From: Acidobacteriota bacterium
GTDB taxonomy: Bacteria; Acidobacteriota; UBA6911; JACQSX01
Length of the DNA: 64,000 nucleotides
Reading direction: 5' to 3'
Assembly: GCA_036507075.1 (NCBI GenBank)
Contig: DASXQR010000083.1
Location: 136,883 to 200,882 of the forward strand
The notes under the pieces were generated by a model. The model worked only from the letters and a program-made list of their open reading frames with translations, made no database searches and had not been told where the DNA came from. Position 1 is the stretch's first letter, and every line of letters begins with the position of its first letter. Shown in pieces: positions 18,851 through 32,413 of this stretch. A program made the position numbers and the translations under genes.

Positions 18851-20668
18851 ATGCCGTTTGCAGACGCTTCATCGACAACCAACAAAGGAGGACGGGGCAA
18901 GGGCTCCTACAAGGGGTCTCGATCCACATTCCGTCCCATCCACGTCGCGCCTCCCGTTTTTGACGTCGATGAAAAGGAATCTTACGAAGATCTTCTGAAA
19001 GCCTACGACTCGACTTTCAAGAATTACTCGGAAGGCCAGGTCGTGAAGGGAGTGGTTCTGAGTGTCACCAATTCAGACGTGATCGTAGACGTAGGATTCA
19101 AGTCTGAAGGCATCATCAACCTGGACGAGTTCCGCGATGAATCAGGCCGCGTGAATGTTCAACCGGGCGACGCCATCGAAGTTCTACTGGAAACGACTGA
19201 AAACCGCGACGGTTATGTCGTGCTTTCCCGCGAGAAAGCGGAAAAGATGAAAATCTGGGACGACATCGAGCGCGCCTACAATGAACAGAGCATCATTACC
19301 GGACGCGTCATCGAGCGTATCAAAGGCGGCCTGGCGGTTGACATCGGCATTCGGGCTTTTCTGCCGGGGTCGCAGGTCGATCTGCATCCGGTGCGAAACC
19401 TCGACAGCCTGCGCGGCGAGCAACTTCAGATGAAGGTGATCAAGGTAAACAAACGCCGCGGCAATATTGTGCTCTCGCGCAAGATCGTCCTGGAAGAGCA
19501 AAGCCTGCGCGCAAAATCCGAGACGCTGAAGGTTCTCGAAGAGGGAATGGTGGCGGAAGGTATCGTAAAGAACCTGACCGACTACGGTGCTTTCATCGAC
19601 CTTGGCGGAATTGACGGGTTGCTCCATATCACAGACATGTCCTGGGGGCGGGTTAATCACCCTTCCGAGCTTTTCCAGGTGGGCGACAAAATCCAGGTCA
19701 AAGTGCTCAAGTTTGACAAGGGCGAAGAGAAGGTCTCGCTGGGCTATAAGCAGTTGACCGAGGATCCATGGGAAACGGCGGAGCATCGGTACTTGAAAGG
19801 CGCCAAGGTCAACGGAAAGGTTGTCAGCCTGACCGATTACGGCGCGTTTGTGGAATTGGAGCAGGGTGTCGAAGGTCTGATCCATATCAGTGAGATGACC
19901 TGGAACAAACGCATCAAGCATCCTTCCAAGCTGCTTTCCGTGGGAAGCGAAGTGGAGGCGATCGTGCTCGACATCGATCCTGTTGCACGGCGCATCAGCC
20001 TGGGAACCAAGCAGACCGAACAGAACCCGTGGGAGATCATCAGCGAGAAGTACGCCGTCAATTCGATCATTAGCGGAAAAGTTCGCAATATTACCGACTT
20101 CGGCGCCTTCATCGAAGTGGAGGATGGAGTGGACGGACTGGTTCACATCTCCGACCTGTCCTGGAGCAAGAAGATCAAGCATCCCTCCGAGGTGCTCAAG
20201 AAAGGCGATGTAGTCAACGCGGTCGTGCTCAACGTCGATGCTGACAACCAGCGGCTTTCCCTGGGCATCAAGCAACTCGAGCCGGACAAGTGGGAAGAGT
20301 TCTTTTCACAGCACGAGATTGGCGACGTTGTTCCCGGAAAGATCGTCCGGATCACCAATTTTGGAGCGTTCCTGGAACTGGCTCCCGGAGTGGAAGGCCT
20401 GTGCCATGTTTCCGAGTTGGATGACAAGCGCATTGAAAAGGCCGAGGACCATTTTTCCGTAGGCCAGGAACTCGACCTCAAAATCATCAAGATGAATCTT
20501 CTCGAGAAGAAGATCGGTTTGAGCCTGAAAGCTTTAAAAGACGACAGCGGATCCGACGACGATTTCAAGGCCTACATGAGCAGATCTGAATCAGGTTCCA
20601 GCACCATGGGCGAACTGGCCAAAGAGCAGTTGGAAAGCCTTCGCTCCCAGGTCCAGAAGAAAGACTAA
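18851..20668 (+). CDS. rpsA: 30S ribosomal protein S1
   Basis: Six S1 repeats (AFLPGSQVD, DYGAFIDLGGIDGLLHITD, EGLIHISE...); AGGAGG RBS. Confidence 0.97.
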   Translation: MPFADASSTTNKGGRGKGSYKGSRSTFRPIHVAPPVFDVDEKESYEDLLKAYDSTFKNYSEGQVVKGVVLSVTNSDVIVDVGFKSEGIINLDEFRDESGRVNVQPGDAIEVLLETTENRDGYVVLSREKAEKMKIWDDIERAYNEQSIITGRVIERIKGGLAVDIGIRAFLPGSQVDLHPVRNLDSLRGEQLQMKVIKVNKRRGNIVLSRKIVLEEQSLRAKSETLKVLEEGMVAEGIVKNLTDYGAFIDLGGIDGLLHITDMSWGRVNHPSELFQVGDKIQVKVLKFDKGEEKVSLGYKQLTEDPWETAEHRYLKGAKVNGKVVSLTDYGAFVELEQGVEGLIHISEMTWNKRIKHPSKLLSVGSEVEAIVLDIDPVARRISLGTKQTEQNPWEIISEKYAVNSIISGKVRNITDFGAFIEVEDGVDGLVHISDLSWSKKIKHPSEVLKKGDVVNAVVLNVDADNQRLSLGIKQLEPDKWEEFFSQHEIGDVVPGKIVRITNFGAFLELAPGVEGLCHVSELDDKRIEKAEDHFSVGQELDLKIIKMNLLEKKIGLSLKALKDDSGSDDDFKAYMSRSESGSSTMGELAKEQLESLRSQVQKKD

Positions 20669-20688
20669 CGTCCGACTAGGGAGGCACT

Positions 20689-20976
20689 ATGACCAAGGCC
20701 GAGTTGGTGGAAGAGGTTGCCAAAAACTCACAGCTCACGAAGAAGGATGCCGAAGTAATTGTCCAGACCGTTCTGGACAGCATTATCGATTCTCTAAAGG
20801 AAGGTAGAAAAGTCGAACTGCGGGGTTTTGGAAGCTTCCGTTTGCGCCAGCGCTCCGGTCGTACCGGTAGAAATCCAAAAACCGGTGAAAAAGTCAAAGT
20901 TCCGGCCAAGCGTATTCCCTACTTCAAACCCGGCAAAGAGCTCAAGGATCTGATCAACAGGCAGCTTCCCGCTTAA
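20689..20976 (+). CDS. ihfB: Integration host factor beta / HU-family protein
   Basis: MTKAEL, VELRGFGSF, GRNPKTG, FKPGKEL; directly after rpsA. Confidence 0.85.
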   Translation: MTKAELVEEVAKNSQLTKKDAEVIVQTVLDSIIDSLKEGRKVELRGFGSFRLRQRSGRTGRNPKTGEKVKVPAKRIPYFKPGKELKDLINRQLPA

Positions 20977-20983
20977 TTCCTCG

Positions 20984-21460
20984 ATGGATTATCTCTGGAC
21001 GCCGTGGCGGTTCCAGTACATCTCCGCCACGCCCAAAAGCCAGGATTGCCTCTTCTGCCTTGCAGTAAAGGAAAGCCGGGACAGCGAGACTCTGATTGTC
21101 CACCGGGGCGAGCACTGCTTTATCATTCTCAACCGCTTTCCATACAACAACGGCCATCTAATGATTGCTCCTTATCGCCACATTCCTTTGCTCGAAGACG
21201 CCTCGCCGGTCGAGAGGCAAGAGATGATGGAATTTTTGGCGCGATGCCAGACACTGCTGCGCGAGATCTACAAACCCGAAGGCTTCAATCTGGGGATGAA
21301 TATCGGCAGATGCGCCGGCGCCGGAGTTGCAGGGCATATCCACATGCATCTTCTACCGCGCTGGGGCGGGGATGCAAACTTCATGAGCGTGGTAGGAGAA
21401 ACCCGCGTCCTGCCGGAAGATCTCAAGACCACCTACCAAAAAATCTCCAGTCGTTTTTAG
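20984..21460 (+). CDS. HIT-family (Fhit-like) hydrolase
   Basis: LWTPWR, NRFPYNNGH, AGAGVAGHIHMHLLPRW. Confidence 0.9.
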   Translation: MDYLWTPWRFQYISATPKSQDCLFCLAVKESRDSETLIVHRGEHCFIILNRFPYNNGHLMIAPYRHIPLLEDASPVERQEMMEFLARCQTLLREIYKPEGFNLGMNIGRCAGAGVAGHIHMHLLPRWGGDANFMSVVGETRVLPEDLKTTYQKISSRF

Positions 21461-21466
21461 TTCAGT

Positions 21467-21528
21467 TTTTACCACCAGGGCACCAAGGCACAAAGCGAGC
21501 AATGGTGCCTTGTGTCTTGGTGGTAAAA
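21467..21528. repeat. CACCAAG/CACAAAG hairpin
   Basis: TTTTACCACCAGGGCACCAAGGCACAAAG ... GGTGCCTTGTGTCTTGGTGGTAAAA. Confidence 0.85.
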
Positions 21529-21740
21529 TTTTTTCCGATACGAATCCCCGATGCTTCCCATTGTCAAGCGATTTTTTCTCGACGGAAATCTCTTGAAATC
21601 CGCTCTGGACGCGGGTTTCAGAAGGCAGAAATTCCAAAAAAAATTTTTTGGTTTCTTGTTGAAAATCATCTCTTCGATTTGCTAGTTTTACTCACTCAAA
21701 TTCTCAGGACCGAGCAAGACACTAAAAGAGAACAAGCCAC

Positions 21741-21772
21741 TTTTCCACACCTGTGCATAACGTTGTGGAAAA
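21741..21772. promoter_or_regulatory. DnaA-box cluster upstream of dnaA
   Basis: TTTTCCACA, TGTGCATAA and TGTGGAAAA, each one mismatch from TTATCCACA or its complement. Confidence 0.8.
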
Positions 21773-21903
21773 CCAAAATTAAAATTTGAGTTTTTGGCTG
21801 GTTTTGCCCCCGCTTTCCAGCCTTCCCCGTTGAAGCGATTCTCCGGGTCAATCTCGGAGTGTTTGTTTCAGCGATGATTGTGTCTTCGGCTTTTTTTCGT
21901 GCT

Positions 21904-23211
21904 ATGAATCTGTGGGAAATCCTGCTATCGAAGATACAAAAGAAGATCAGCCATCAGAATTTTGACACTTGGTTTAAGCCTTTGCTCTACCTCGGCGAGT
22001 GCGAAGGCAAACTTCTGGTGCAGGTGCCGAACGGCCATTTTCGATCCTGGCACTTGGAGAACTACGACAGGCTAATGCGGCGATCTCTGGACGAAGTAGG
22101 CGTGCCGGGAGACATTCGGTTTGTGCTTCCGGATGAGAATCAGGCGAATTCCTCCACCAGCGATAATCTGGTCCCGGTTCAATCTCCCACCGAGCCCCTC
22201 AATCTTAATTCCAAATACACTTTTGAAACTTTCGTGGTCGGCTTTTCCAACCAGTTTGCGCATGCTGCTGCGCTGGCAATCGCCGAGCAGCCTTCCAAGG
22301 CCTATAACCCGCTTTTTATTTATGGGGGAGTGGGACTGGGCAAGACTCACCTGATGCATGCCATCGGCCACTGCATCCTGAAAAAATATCCGCGGGCAAA
22401 ACTCACTTATATGTCTTCGGAACGTTTCATGAACGAGCTGATTAATTCAATTCGCTACGATCGAACCCTTCAGTTCCGCGACAAATATCGAAATATCGAT
22501 GTTCTGTTGATGGACGACATCCAGTTTCTGGCAGGCAAGGAGCGCACGCAGGAGGAGTTTTTTCACACTTTTAACGCTCTTTACGATGCCCAGAAACAAA
22601 TCGTCATTTCCAGCGACTGCCCGCCCAAGGAAATCCCCACTCTTGAGGAACGGCTGCATTCGCGCTTCGAGTGGGGGTTAATCGCCGATATCCAGCCGCC
22701 CGATCTGGAAACCAAAATCGCCATACTGCGTCGCAAAGCTGAAATGGAGGGAATAGTTCTACCCGACGACGTCGCCTTTTTCATTGCAAGCAACATCAAG
22801 TCAAACATCCGGGAACTGGAAGGATCGCTGGTGCGACTGATCGCCTATTCGTCTCTAACCGGCATGGACATTGAACTCTCGCTGGCCCAGGAGGTACTGA
22901 AAAACATTGTGGGAGATACGCAGCGAGCAATTTCCATCGAACTGATTCAAAAAACAGTTGCGGAGTTTTTTAATTTAAAGGTTTCCGAGCTGAAGGCAAA
23001 AAACAATTCTCGATGCGTCGCAGAGCCGCGCCAGATCGCCATGTACATCTGCAAGGAACTCACCGATTGCTCTCTGCCCCAGATTGGCCGTGAGTTTGGC
23101 GGAAAACATCACACGACAGTCCTTCATTCCATCAGAAAGATCGACGAAATGCGCAAAGTGGACAAGAATGTCAACGGCGTGATCAATAAGCTCGTTGGGT
23201 CCATACGCTGA
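21904..23211 (+). CDS. dnaA: Chromosomal replication initiator
   Basis: [40 protein letters not shown]. Confidence 0.98.
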   Translation: MNLWEILLSKIQKKISHQNFDTWFKPLLYLGECEGKLLVQVPNGHFRSWHLENYDRLMRRSLDEVGVPGDIRFVLPDENQANSSTSDNLVPVQSPTEPLNLNSKYTFETFVVGFSNQFAHAAALAIAEQPSKAYNPLFIYGGVGLGKTHLMHAIGHCILKKYPRAKLTYMSSERFMNELINSIRYDRTLQFRDKYRNIDVLLMDDIQFLAGKERTQEEFFHTFNALYDAQKQIVISSDCPPKEIPTLEERLHSRFEWGLIADIQPPDLETKIAILRRKAEMEGIVLPDDVAFFIASNIKSNIRELEGSLVRLIAYSSLTGMDIELSLAQEVLKNIVGDTQRAISIELIQKTVAEFFNLKVSELKAKNNSRCVAEPRQIAMYICKELTDCSLPQIGREFGGKHHTTVLHSIRKIDEMRKVDKNVNGVINKLVGSIR

Positions 23212-23435
23212 CTTTTCCTTGTTTTTAACAGTAGTTGCTGTGGACAGGTTGTGGAAAAGGGGGGCTCCTAAGTTTTTCCGCCACTTCCTACGGAAAGTCC
23301 ACCATGGGGCGTGCGACTTATAAACAGCGCAACTTATCTGGTCGCTGGTTTTAAGTCTTTTTTCCACGAATCCACAGGTGCTACTATTTCTACTAGTTTT
23401 TAAAGAATAATTAATAAAGACGGAAAACAGGAGCA
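23212..23435. other. oriC (dnaA-dnaN intergenic region)
   Basis: DnaA-box-like 9-mers at 23239, 23250, 23318, 23360 and 23368; CTACTATTTCTACTA trio-like run at 23381-23395, then an AT-rich tract. Confidence 0.85.
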
Positions 23436-23438
23436 GTG

Positions 23439-24545
23439 ATGGACTTCTCTGTGAATAAGGGCGACATCCTGAAGGAACTCTCTTATGTTCAGGGAGTAGT
23501 GGAACGCAAGAACACCATTCCAATCCTTTCCAATCTGCTGCTTGAAACCAAGGGCACCGACTTGATGGTAACAGCGACCGATCTGGACGTAAGCATCGAA
23601 TGCAGTTGTCCGGCCAGCATCAAAGTCAGCGGCGCTCTTACGATTTCGGCAAGAAAGTTATTTGAAATTGTCAGGCTGCTGCCTGATTCCGATATTCACT
23701 TTAAGAGTCTGGAAAAGGAATGGGTGCAGGTGACCTGCGAAAAGGCTCGCTTCAAAATCGTGGGATTATCAAAAGAGAACTTTCCCGCCATCCCGGCCAT
23801 TCGAGGAAATACCTGGCAGATCCCGCCTGATGTACTGCGCTATATGATCGCCCGCTGCGTTTTTGCCATCACGCAGGAAGAGTCCCGCTATTCACTCAAC
23901 GGCGCCCTCATGATTCTGAATCCAAACAACTTAAGTATGGTCACCACCGATGGCCACCGGCTTGTATTAATCGCCCGCGCCACACCCATCGGCAACCTGG
24001 ACAAGGAAGTCAGAGTGCTGATTCCCAAAAAAACACTGGTGGAGCTTTCCAAACTGCTGGTGGATGAAGAGAGCGAGGTTCAGTTTGGCGCGGATGAAAA
24101 TCACCTATTTTTCAAAATCGGAAAGCGTTTATTGATTTCACGCGCGCTTGCCGGCCAGTTTCCCAACTACGAAATGGTGCTGCCGAAAGACAACGATAAA
24201 AAAGTGGTTGTCAGCACGCCTGATTTTAGCGACGCGCTCAAGCGAGTGGCCATCATGGCAGACGAGCGCTCGCATGCCGTCAAATTGGCGCTCAAGGACG
24301 GACAGATGGACATCCAGTCAAGCACTGCGGATTTTGGAGAAGCGAAGGAATCCGTAGGCATCGGGTACAATGGCGACCCCATGGAAATCAGCTTCAATGC
24401 GCAGTATCTCCTCGATTTTCTGAGCGTGGTGGACGACGATGAGGTCAAATTCGAGTTAAGAGACAAAGAAACCCAGGGCTTGCTGCGTCCCGAAAAGAAT
24501 TCCGAATACTCCTACCACTACGTCGTCATGCCCATGAAGATCTAA
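23439..24545 (+). CDS. dnaN: DNA polymerase III beta clamp
   Basis: TIPILSN, ATDLD, TDGHRL, FPNY, VVMPM. Confidence 0.97.
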   Translation: MDFSVNKGDILKELSYVQGVVERKNTIPILSNLLLETKGTDLMVTATDLDVSIECSCPASIKVSGALTISARKLFEIVRLLPDSDIHFKSLEKEWVQVTCEKARFKIVGLSKENFPAIPAIRGNTWQIPPDVLRYMIARCVFAITQEESRYSLNGALMILNPNNLSMVTTDGHRLVLIARATPIGNLDKEVRVLIPKKTLVELSKLLVDEESEVQFGADENHLFFKIGKRLLISRALAGQFPNYEMVLPKDNDKKVVVSTPDFSDALKRVAIMADERSHAVKLALKDGQMDIQSSTADFGEAKESVGIGYNGDPMEISFNAQYLLDFLSVVDDDEVKFELRDKETQGLLRPEKNSEYSYHYVVMPMKI

Positions 24546-24704
24546 GTTACGAGTTTGCGGGTTGGCGAGTTACGGGTTAAGCCGGTTACGAATCCCAAAC
24601 AGAAATCGACAGAACATAAAACCTCAAAACACACTAACCCGAAACCCGCCAACCCGAAACCAGTAAACCCGCCAACCCGAAACGCAAACCCGCCAACCAG
24701 TAAC
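24546..24704. repeat. Inverted CGGGTT / AACCCG 7-8-mer arrays
   Basis: GCGGGTT-type units followed by AACCCGC/AACCCGA units, between dnaN and recF. Confidence 0.85.
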
Positions 24705-24738
24705 GGTTTTTTTGCGCGCCGTCATATACTACGAGGCA

Positions 24739-25809
24739 ATGTTGTTGCGGTTGATTGAACTGGAGTCCTTTCGCAGTCTTCGTCCCGCCCGCTTAGATCT
24801 CGATCCTGGTTTCAACATATTTCTGGGAAAAAACGGCCAGGGGAAAACCAACCTCCTGGAAGGTGTCTACATTCTAGCCAGTACAAAATCGTTTCGGACG
24901 CATCAACTGGCCGACTGTGTGCAACACGGGACCGCTGAATTCATGATTGCCGGAAAGGTCGAAAGAGCATCGCTGGATCGGACGCTGGAGATCCGTTGGA
25001 GTGCGGGCGGCAAAAAGTTGAAAATCAACGGCAAAGAAACGTCGATTCTGGAGTATCTGGGAAACCTGGATGTGCTGAGCGTGTCACTTGATCAGTTGCC
25101 GGTGGTTCGGGGCGGTCCTTCCGATCGACGGAGGTTTCTTGATCGTGGAATCGCGCAGTTGAAGAAAATCTACCTGCATAAACTGGCTGAATTCCATCGC
25201 GTGCTTGAACAAAGGAATGGTCTTCTGGCTCGGATCCGCATCCGCGCAGCTCACCCGTCGGACCTGGAACCATGGGATCCGATTTATGCAGAAAAGTGTG
25301 AAGCAGTTTCAGTGGAACGCCAGTGCTATGTCGACCGTTTGAATGATGCTTTGGCCGAAGTCGAATTTTCCTCCGACGTTCTCCGCCTGAAATACGTCCG
25401 CGCCACTCCCCCGGGTGAATTTAGCGCGGTACTGGAAAAACTGGCCAACCTGCGCCCGCTGGAGCTGGAAAAAGGACGTTCTCTGGCGGGTCCGCATCGA
25501 GACGATCTAAGGATTTCGCTGGGCTCACAGGATATCCGCCGTTTTGGTTCGGGAGGTCAGCAAAGAAGCGCGGTTTTTTCCCTCTTACTGGCGGCCATGC
25601 GGCTATATCACGCTGAAAACGCCAGAGATCCGGTCGTCATCATCGATGATGTCGATGCAGAGCTTGATCTGGAACGTCTCCAGGCCTTGCTGCGAATGCT
25701 GCAAAACGGACCCCAGGTTTTTCTTTCTTCGGCAAAGGCAAATGTCTTAGAATTAATGGCTTCCGCCAAGAGGTGGGAGCTGCGGTTAGGCGAAATCCAA
25801 CCGCTTTGA
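24739..25809 (+). CDS. recF: DNA replication/repair protein RecF
   Basis: GKNGQGKTNLLE, RRRFLD, GPHRDD, GSGGQQR, IDDVDAELD. Confidence 0.93.
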   Translation: MLLRLIELESFRSLRPARLDLDPGFNIFLGKNGQGKTNLLEGVYILASTKSFRTHQLADCVQHGTAEFMIAGKVERASLDRTLEIRWSAGGKKLKINGKETSILEYLGNLDVLSVSLDQLPVVRGGPSDRRRFLDRGIAQLKKIYLHKLAEFHRVLEQRNGLLARIRIRAAHPSDLEPWDPIYAEKCEAVSVERQCYVDRLNDALAEVEFSSDVLRLKYVRATPPGEFSAVLEKLANLRPLELEKGRSLAGPHRDDLRISLGSQDIRRFGSGGQQRSAVFSLLLAAMRLYHAENARDPVVIIDDVDAELDLERLQALLRMLQNGPQVFLSSAKANVLELMASAKRWELRLGEIQPL

Positions 25810-25956
25810 GATCCGAAGACACACGGCTCGCCAGGCTCCCGCGCCGGCCTCGATGAAAGTGCCCGCAATTGGCCTCAAATCCTTAAAAAGACAGTAATTT
25901 ATAGCTGTTTTTATCGCGGCCAAAATGTTATAATTGCAACCCGGTATGAGAGTTAA

Positions 25957-28440
<2,484 letters not shown>

Positions 28441-28454
28441 TAGTGGTTTTTCAC

Positions 28455-28641
28455 GTTGGCGGGTTTACACGTTGGCGGGTTTACGGGTTTCGGGTTTCTG
28501 CTGAACTTCCAAAGGTCGCAAACCTTAACCCGGTAGCCGGAACCGGTAAACCTACACCCGTGAACTTGAAAACTCGAAACCCGTAAACCCGTAAACTCGT
28601 AACCCGTAAACCCGTAACCCGTGAACCCGTAACTAACTCGT
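28455..28641. repeat. Inverted CGGGTTT / AAACCCGT 7-8-mer arrays
   Basis: Between gyrB and gyrA; same unit family as 24546-24704. Confidence 0.88.
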
Positions 28642-28663
28642 TAAATTCGCAACTCTGAAGTAG

Positions 28664-31123
28664 ATGGATATTGCCAAGCACCAGGTTCCCATAAACATCG
28701 AAGATGAAATGCGCGTGTCCTACCTGGACTACGCCATGTCGGTCATTATCGGCCGGGCCCTGCCCGATGTGCGCGACGGCCTGAAGCCGGTGCACCGCCG
28801 GGCCCTTTTCGCGATGCGGGAACTGGGAAATACTTTCGACAAGCCGTATAAGAAATCCGCTCGCATCGTTGGCGATGTAATCGGCAAGTATCACCCGCAC
28901 GGAGACACGGCTGTCTACGATACGATCGTTCGCATGGTGCAGGATTTCTCGCTGCGCTATCCGCTCATTGACGGCCAGGGAAACTTTGGCAGCGTCGACG
29001 GCGATTCGCCGGCGGCGATGCGGTACACTGAAGTGCGGATGGGCCGGCTGGCGGGCGAGCTGCTGGCGGACATTGACAAAAACACCGTCGATTTCCAACC
29101 CAATTACGACGAATCGCTGGAAGAGCCTCTGGTCCTTCCCGCCAAGTTTCCAAATCTGCTGATCAACGGAGCCTCCGGCATCGCTGTCGGCATGGCGACC
29201 AACATTCCGCCTCACAACCTGAATGAAGTGATAGAGGCAACGATCACGCTTATCGACAAACCCGACACCCCGGTCAAGGACCTGATGAAAATGATTCCCG
29301 GCCCTGACTTTCCAACCGGCGGATTCATCTACGGGCGAGCCGGGATCAAGCAGGCGTACGACACGGGGCGGGGCATCATTCAGATGCGTGCCAAGGCGGC
29401 CATCGAACAGATAGGGAAGGATCGGGAAGCGATCGTCGTTACAGAGATCCCGTATCAGGTAAACAAAGCCAAGCTGATTGAGCGCATCGCCGAACTGGTG
29501 CGCGAGAAAAAGCTGGAAGGCGTGTCCGACCTGCGCGATGAGTCCGACCGCGACGGAATGCGGATTGTGATCGAGTTGAAGCGCGGCGAGCAGCCTCAGG
29601 TAATTCTCAACAATTTGTACAAGATGACGCCGATGCAGGCCACCTTCGGCGTGATCCTGCTGGCAATCGTGGGCAACCAACCCCGCGTGCTCAACCTGCA
29701 GCAGTGTCTCAATCTGTTTATCGAACACCGGAAAGAAGTAGTGACCCGGCGAACACGCTTTGATCTGGACAAGGCGGAAAAGCGTGCCCACATCCTTGAG
29801 GGTTTAAAGAAGGCCCTCGACCACCTGGACGGCGTAATCACATTGATCCGCAGCTCCAAAACCCCACCGGAAGCGCGTGACGGCCTGATTAAGAAATACG
29901 GGCTTACTCAGCCGCAGGCGGAGGCGATTCTGGAAATGAGGCTGCAGCGGCTCACCGGACTGGAGCGCGACAAAATCATCGAGGAGTACGAACAGACGCT
30001 TAAATTGATTGCCCAGTTGAAGGAAATCCTGGGCAGCGAAAAGGCGCTCAAAAAAGTAATCCACGCCGAGTTGCGGGAAATTCAGAAAGCCTACGGCGAT
30101 GAACGGCGCAGCACCATTGTGGATGAACAGGTCGAGCTCAGCCTGGAAGATCTGATCGTCGACGAAAATGTCGTAATCACGGCGACCCGCTCAGGCTACA
30201 TCAAGCGAACCGCGGCACACGTTTATCGAAGCCAGAACCGGGGCGGAAAAGGCCGCATCGGGATGACGGCCCGCACCGAAGACATCATCGACTATCTTTT
30301 TGTGGCGTCCACGCACGCCTACATGCTGATCTTTACCAACAAAGGCCGGGTATACTGGCTCAAGGTCTACGAGATTCCCGATGTTGGGGCAGCCGGCAGG
30401 GGCAAGGCGATCGTCAACCTCGTCAACATGGGAAATGACGAGAAGATTGCCGATATGATTGCAGTGCGCGAGTTTTCCGAAGGACGCTACGTGGTGATGG
30501 CAACGCGCCGCGGCGTGATCAAAAAGACTGAACTTACGGCGTTCTCCAATCCGCGCTCGAACGGAATCATCGCCATGGGCGTGGAGGACGACGATGAACT
30601 GATCGCCGTCAAGCAGACCGGAGGCAGGCATGAAGTTTTCCTGGCAACCCATGACGGGCTCGGGATCCGCTTTTCCGAGGAGGATGTCCGGGATATGGGA
30701 CGCACCGCCTTTGGCGTTTGGGGAATCCGGCTTCGCAAAGGCGATTATCTGGTTGGCATGGAAGTCTTTGATCCTGCAGCCACAGAAGAAGGCGGCGTTC
30801 TCAGTGTGACCGAGCGCGGCTACGGAAAAAGGACCAAAATCTCGGAATATCGCACGCAAGGCCGCGGCGGAAAAGGCATCATCAACATCAAGACCACCGA
30901 ACGCAACGGCAAAGTAGTCGGCATTTGCCACGCAGTGGAAGATTCGGAAGTCATTTTAATCACAGAACACGGTAAGATTATTCGGCTGGAGGCTTCCCAG
31001 ATCCGGGAAACCGTAACTCGAAGCGCTCAGGGAGTTCGGCTGATTATTCTGGAGGAAAACGATCGCGTCGCCGACCTGACGCTGATCACTCCTGAACCTG
31101 AAGAAGAAAACGGTACTGAATGA
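28664..31123 (+). CDS. gyrA: DNA gyrase subunit A
   Basis: [22 protein letters not shown], GyrA-box QNRGGKG. Confidence 0.98.
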   Translation: MDIAKHQVPINIEDEMRVSYLDYAMSVIIGRALPDVRDGLKPVHRRALFAMRELGNTFDKPYKKSARIVGDVIGKYHPHGDTAVYDTIVRMVQDFSLRYPLIDGQGNFGSVDGDSPAAMRYTEVRMGRLAGELLADIDKNTVDFQPNYDESLEEPLVLPAKFPNLLINGASGIAVGMATNIPPHNLNEVIEATITLIDKPDTPVKDLMKMIPGPDFPTGGFIYGRAGIKQAYDTGRGIIQMRAKAAIEQIGKDREAIVVTEIPYQVNKAKLIERIAELVREKKLEGVSDLRDESDRDGMRIVIELKRGEQPQVILNNLYKMTPMQATFGVILLAIVGNQPRVLNLQQCLNLFIEHRKEVVTRRTRFDLDKAEKRAHILEGLKKALDHLDGVITLIRSSKTPPEARDGLIKKYGLTQPQAEAILEMRLQRLTGLERDKIIEEYEQTLKLIAQLKEILGSEKALKKVIHAELREIQKAYGDERRSTIVDEQVELSLEDLIVDENVVITATRSGYIKRTAAHVYRSQNRGGKGRIGMTARTEDIIDYLFVASTHAYMLIFTNKGRVYWLKVYEIPDVGAAGRGKAIVNLVNMGNDEKIADMIAVREFSEGRYVVMATRRGVIKKTELTAFSNPRSNGIIAMGVEDDDELIAVKQTGGRHEVFLATHDGLGIRFSEEDVRDMGRTAFGVWGIRLRKGDYLVGMEVFDPAATEEGGVLSVTERGYGKRTKISEYRTQGRGGKGIINIKTTERNGKVVGICHAVEDSEVILITEHGKIIRLEASQIRETVTRSAQGVRLIILEENDRVADLTLITPEPEEENGTE

Positions 31124-31719
31124 ACAGGTGGGTAACCGCACTGAAGCAGTGGGCCTCAGCGGTAAAAACGTGGGGGTACGCCGTCTGGCAAAAGATTATG
31201 CCCATGCTGAAAGGAATTGACTGGTCAGATCCGCGCACCTGGGGAATCGTATCGGTAGCGGCAATTCTCCTGATCGTGCTGATTTGGCTGATCGTGCGCG
31301 CCGCGCGGCGCAAGCGCCCGGATCTGGGCGAAAGAAGATCGGCCGGGATGCCTCCGGAGGCGAGGATCACGGCAAAGCAGTTTGAGAAGACTCTGGACAA
31401 CCTGAAGCAGGATGAGCCCCAGTTTGTCGAATTGATCAGCTCTATTTTGAAGCATCGCAGTGTTGATCAGTTGCTCAGCCACGATGAAATCAGCACCGCT
31501 TTCGGCCGGCTCACTGAAATCCAGGAAAGGAGCGGCCAGGCGCCTAAAAAGCGGACCAGCCTTCTTGCTCTCGACGAAAACCCCGGCACGTGGAAGGAAA
31601 AGAACGCGGCGATGCTGACGGTGGTTCGCAGTTGCTACGGCAACGAGGCCATCTATTCAAAGCTGGATGAGAAGGGCCGCCGCCTTGTCGACCAGTTCCT
31701 CGACAGCGTCACTACCTGA
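31120..31719 (+). CDS. Hypothetical single-pass membrane protein
   Basis: ATGA overlap with gyrA; one TM helix followed by a basic stretch. Confidence 0.7.
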   Translation: MNRWVTALKQWASAVKTWGYAVWQKIMPMLKGIDWSDPRTWGIVSVAAILLIVLIWLIVRAARRKRPDLGERRSAGMPPEARITAKQFEKTLDNLKQDEPQFVELISSILKHRSVDQLLSHDEISTAFGRLTEIQERSGQAPKKRTSLLALDENPGTWKEKNAAMLTVVRSCYGNEAIYSKLDEKGRRLVDQFLDSVTT

Positions 31720-31810
31720 TTTCGGATTGGCGAATGCGGAATGCGGAATTGGAGCGCTCGACCATCCGGTTTCTTTATTCCGCATTCGACATTCCCCAAT
31801 CCGCATTCGG
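31720..31810. repeat. Inverted GAATGCG / CGCATTC 7-mer arrays
   Basis: Same unit as 49220-49328. Confidence 0.85.
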
Positions 31811-31916
31811 ACTATCTGGTAACCTCTTGTTTGCATTGACTATAGGGCCGCTGGTGTCTTAGAATTAAGGTTTGCCCGAATATGAGTAAATCCAAATAGC
31901 GAGGAGGTGCAGTTTA

Positions 31917-32114
31917 TTGGCTGAAGTTATCGTGCAAGAGGGCGAGTCCCTGGAAAGCGCGTTGCGGCGTTTCAAGCGTAAGGTACAGCAGGAGGACATC
32001 ATCAAAGACGTAAAGAAACACTCCTTCTACTTGAAACCCGGCGAGAAGAAACGCGTAAAACAGGCCTTGGCCCGGAAGCGCAACCGAAAGAAGTCCCGCC
32101 AGATAAGCACCTAA
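31917..32114 (+). CDS. rpsU: 30S ribosomal protein S21
   Basis: ESLESALRRFKR, YLKP; GAGGAGG RBS; TTGACT-N18-TAGAAT promoter at 31836-31865. Confidence 0.95.
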   Translation: MAEVIVQEGESLESALRRFKRKVQQEDIIKDVKKHSFYLKPGEKKRVKQALARKRNRKKSRQIST

Positions 32115-32136
32115 AGTAATAGGTTTAAGATCTTCA

Positions 32137-32166
32137 AAGCCTCCGCAATGACGGAGGCTTTCGTTT
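32137..32166 (+). terminator. Intrinsic terminator after rpsU
   Basis: AAAGCCTCCG-CAATGA-CGGAGGCTTT followed by CGTTT. Confidence 0.75.
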
Positions 32167-32170
32167 ATGC

Positions 32171-32398
32171 AGCCAAGCCCGGCTAATTCAAAAGCATTAA
32201 CCGCCAAGAGCGCCAAGAACGCTAAGACCCGCGGGGGATAACAGCCTGGAGCCTAAATCATGAAGGCCCCATTAGAATTGCATGTCGGCATTCTTTTGCG
32301 TTGGCCTTCATGATTTAGGCTCCAGGCTGTCATCCCCCGCTATCTTGGCGTTCTTGGCGCTCTTGGCGGTGAAGTTTTTGAATTAGCCGGGCTTGGCT
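32171..32398. repeat. ~228-bp palindromic element, family A copy 3
   Basis: Arms 32171-32268 / 32303-32398; the loop is the reverse-complement homologue of the copy-2 loop. Confidence 0.95.
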
Positions 32399-32413
32399 AG
32401 CGAAATCAATAAC

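Noticed and set aside
21004..21789. 261-aa ORF overlapping HIT and the dnaA upstream region
   Set aside because: Alternative frame running through a repeat hairpin and DnaA boxes.
28481..29791. 436-aa antisense ORF, and similar ones opposite rpsA, gyrB, the cyclase and the receptor
   Set aside because: Shadow ORFs produced by codon bias on the coding strand; no recognisable motifs.
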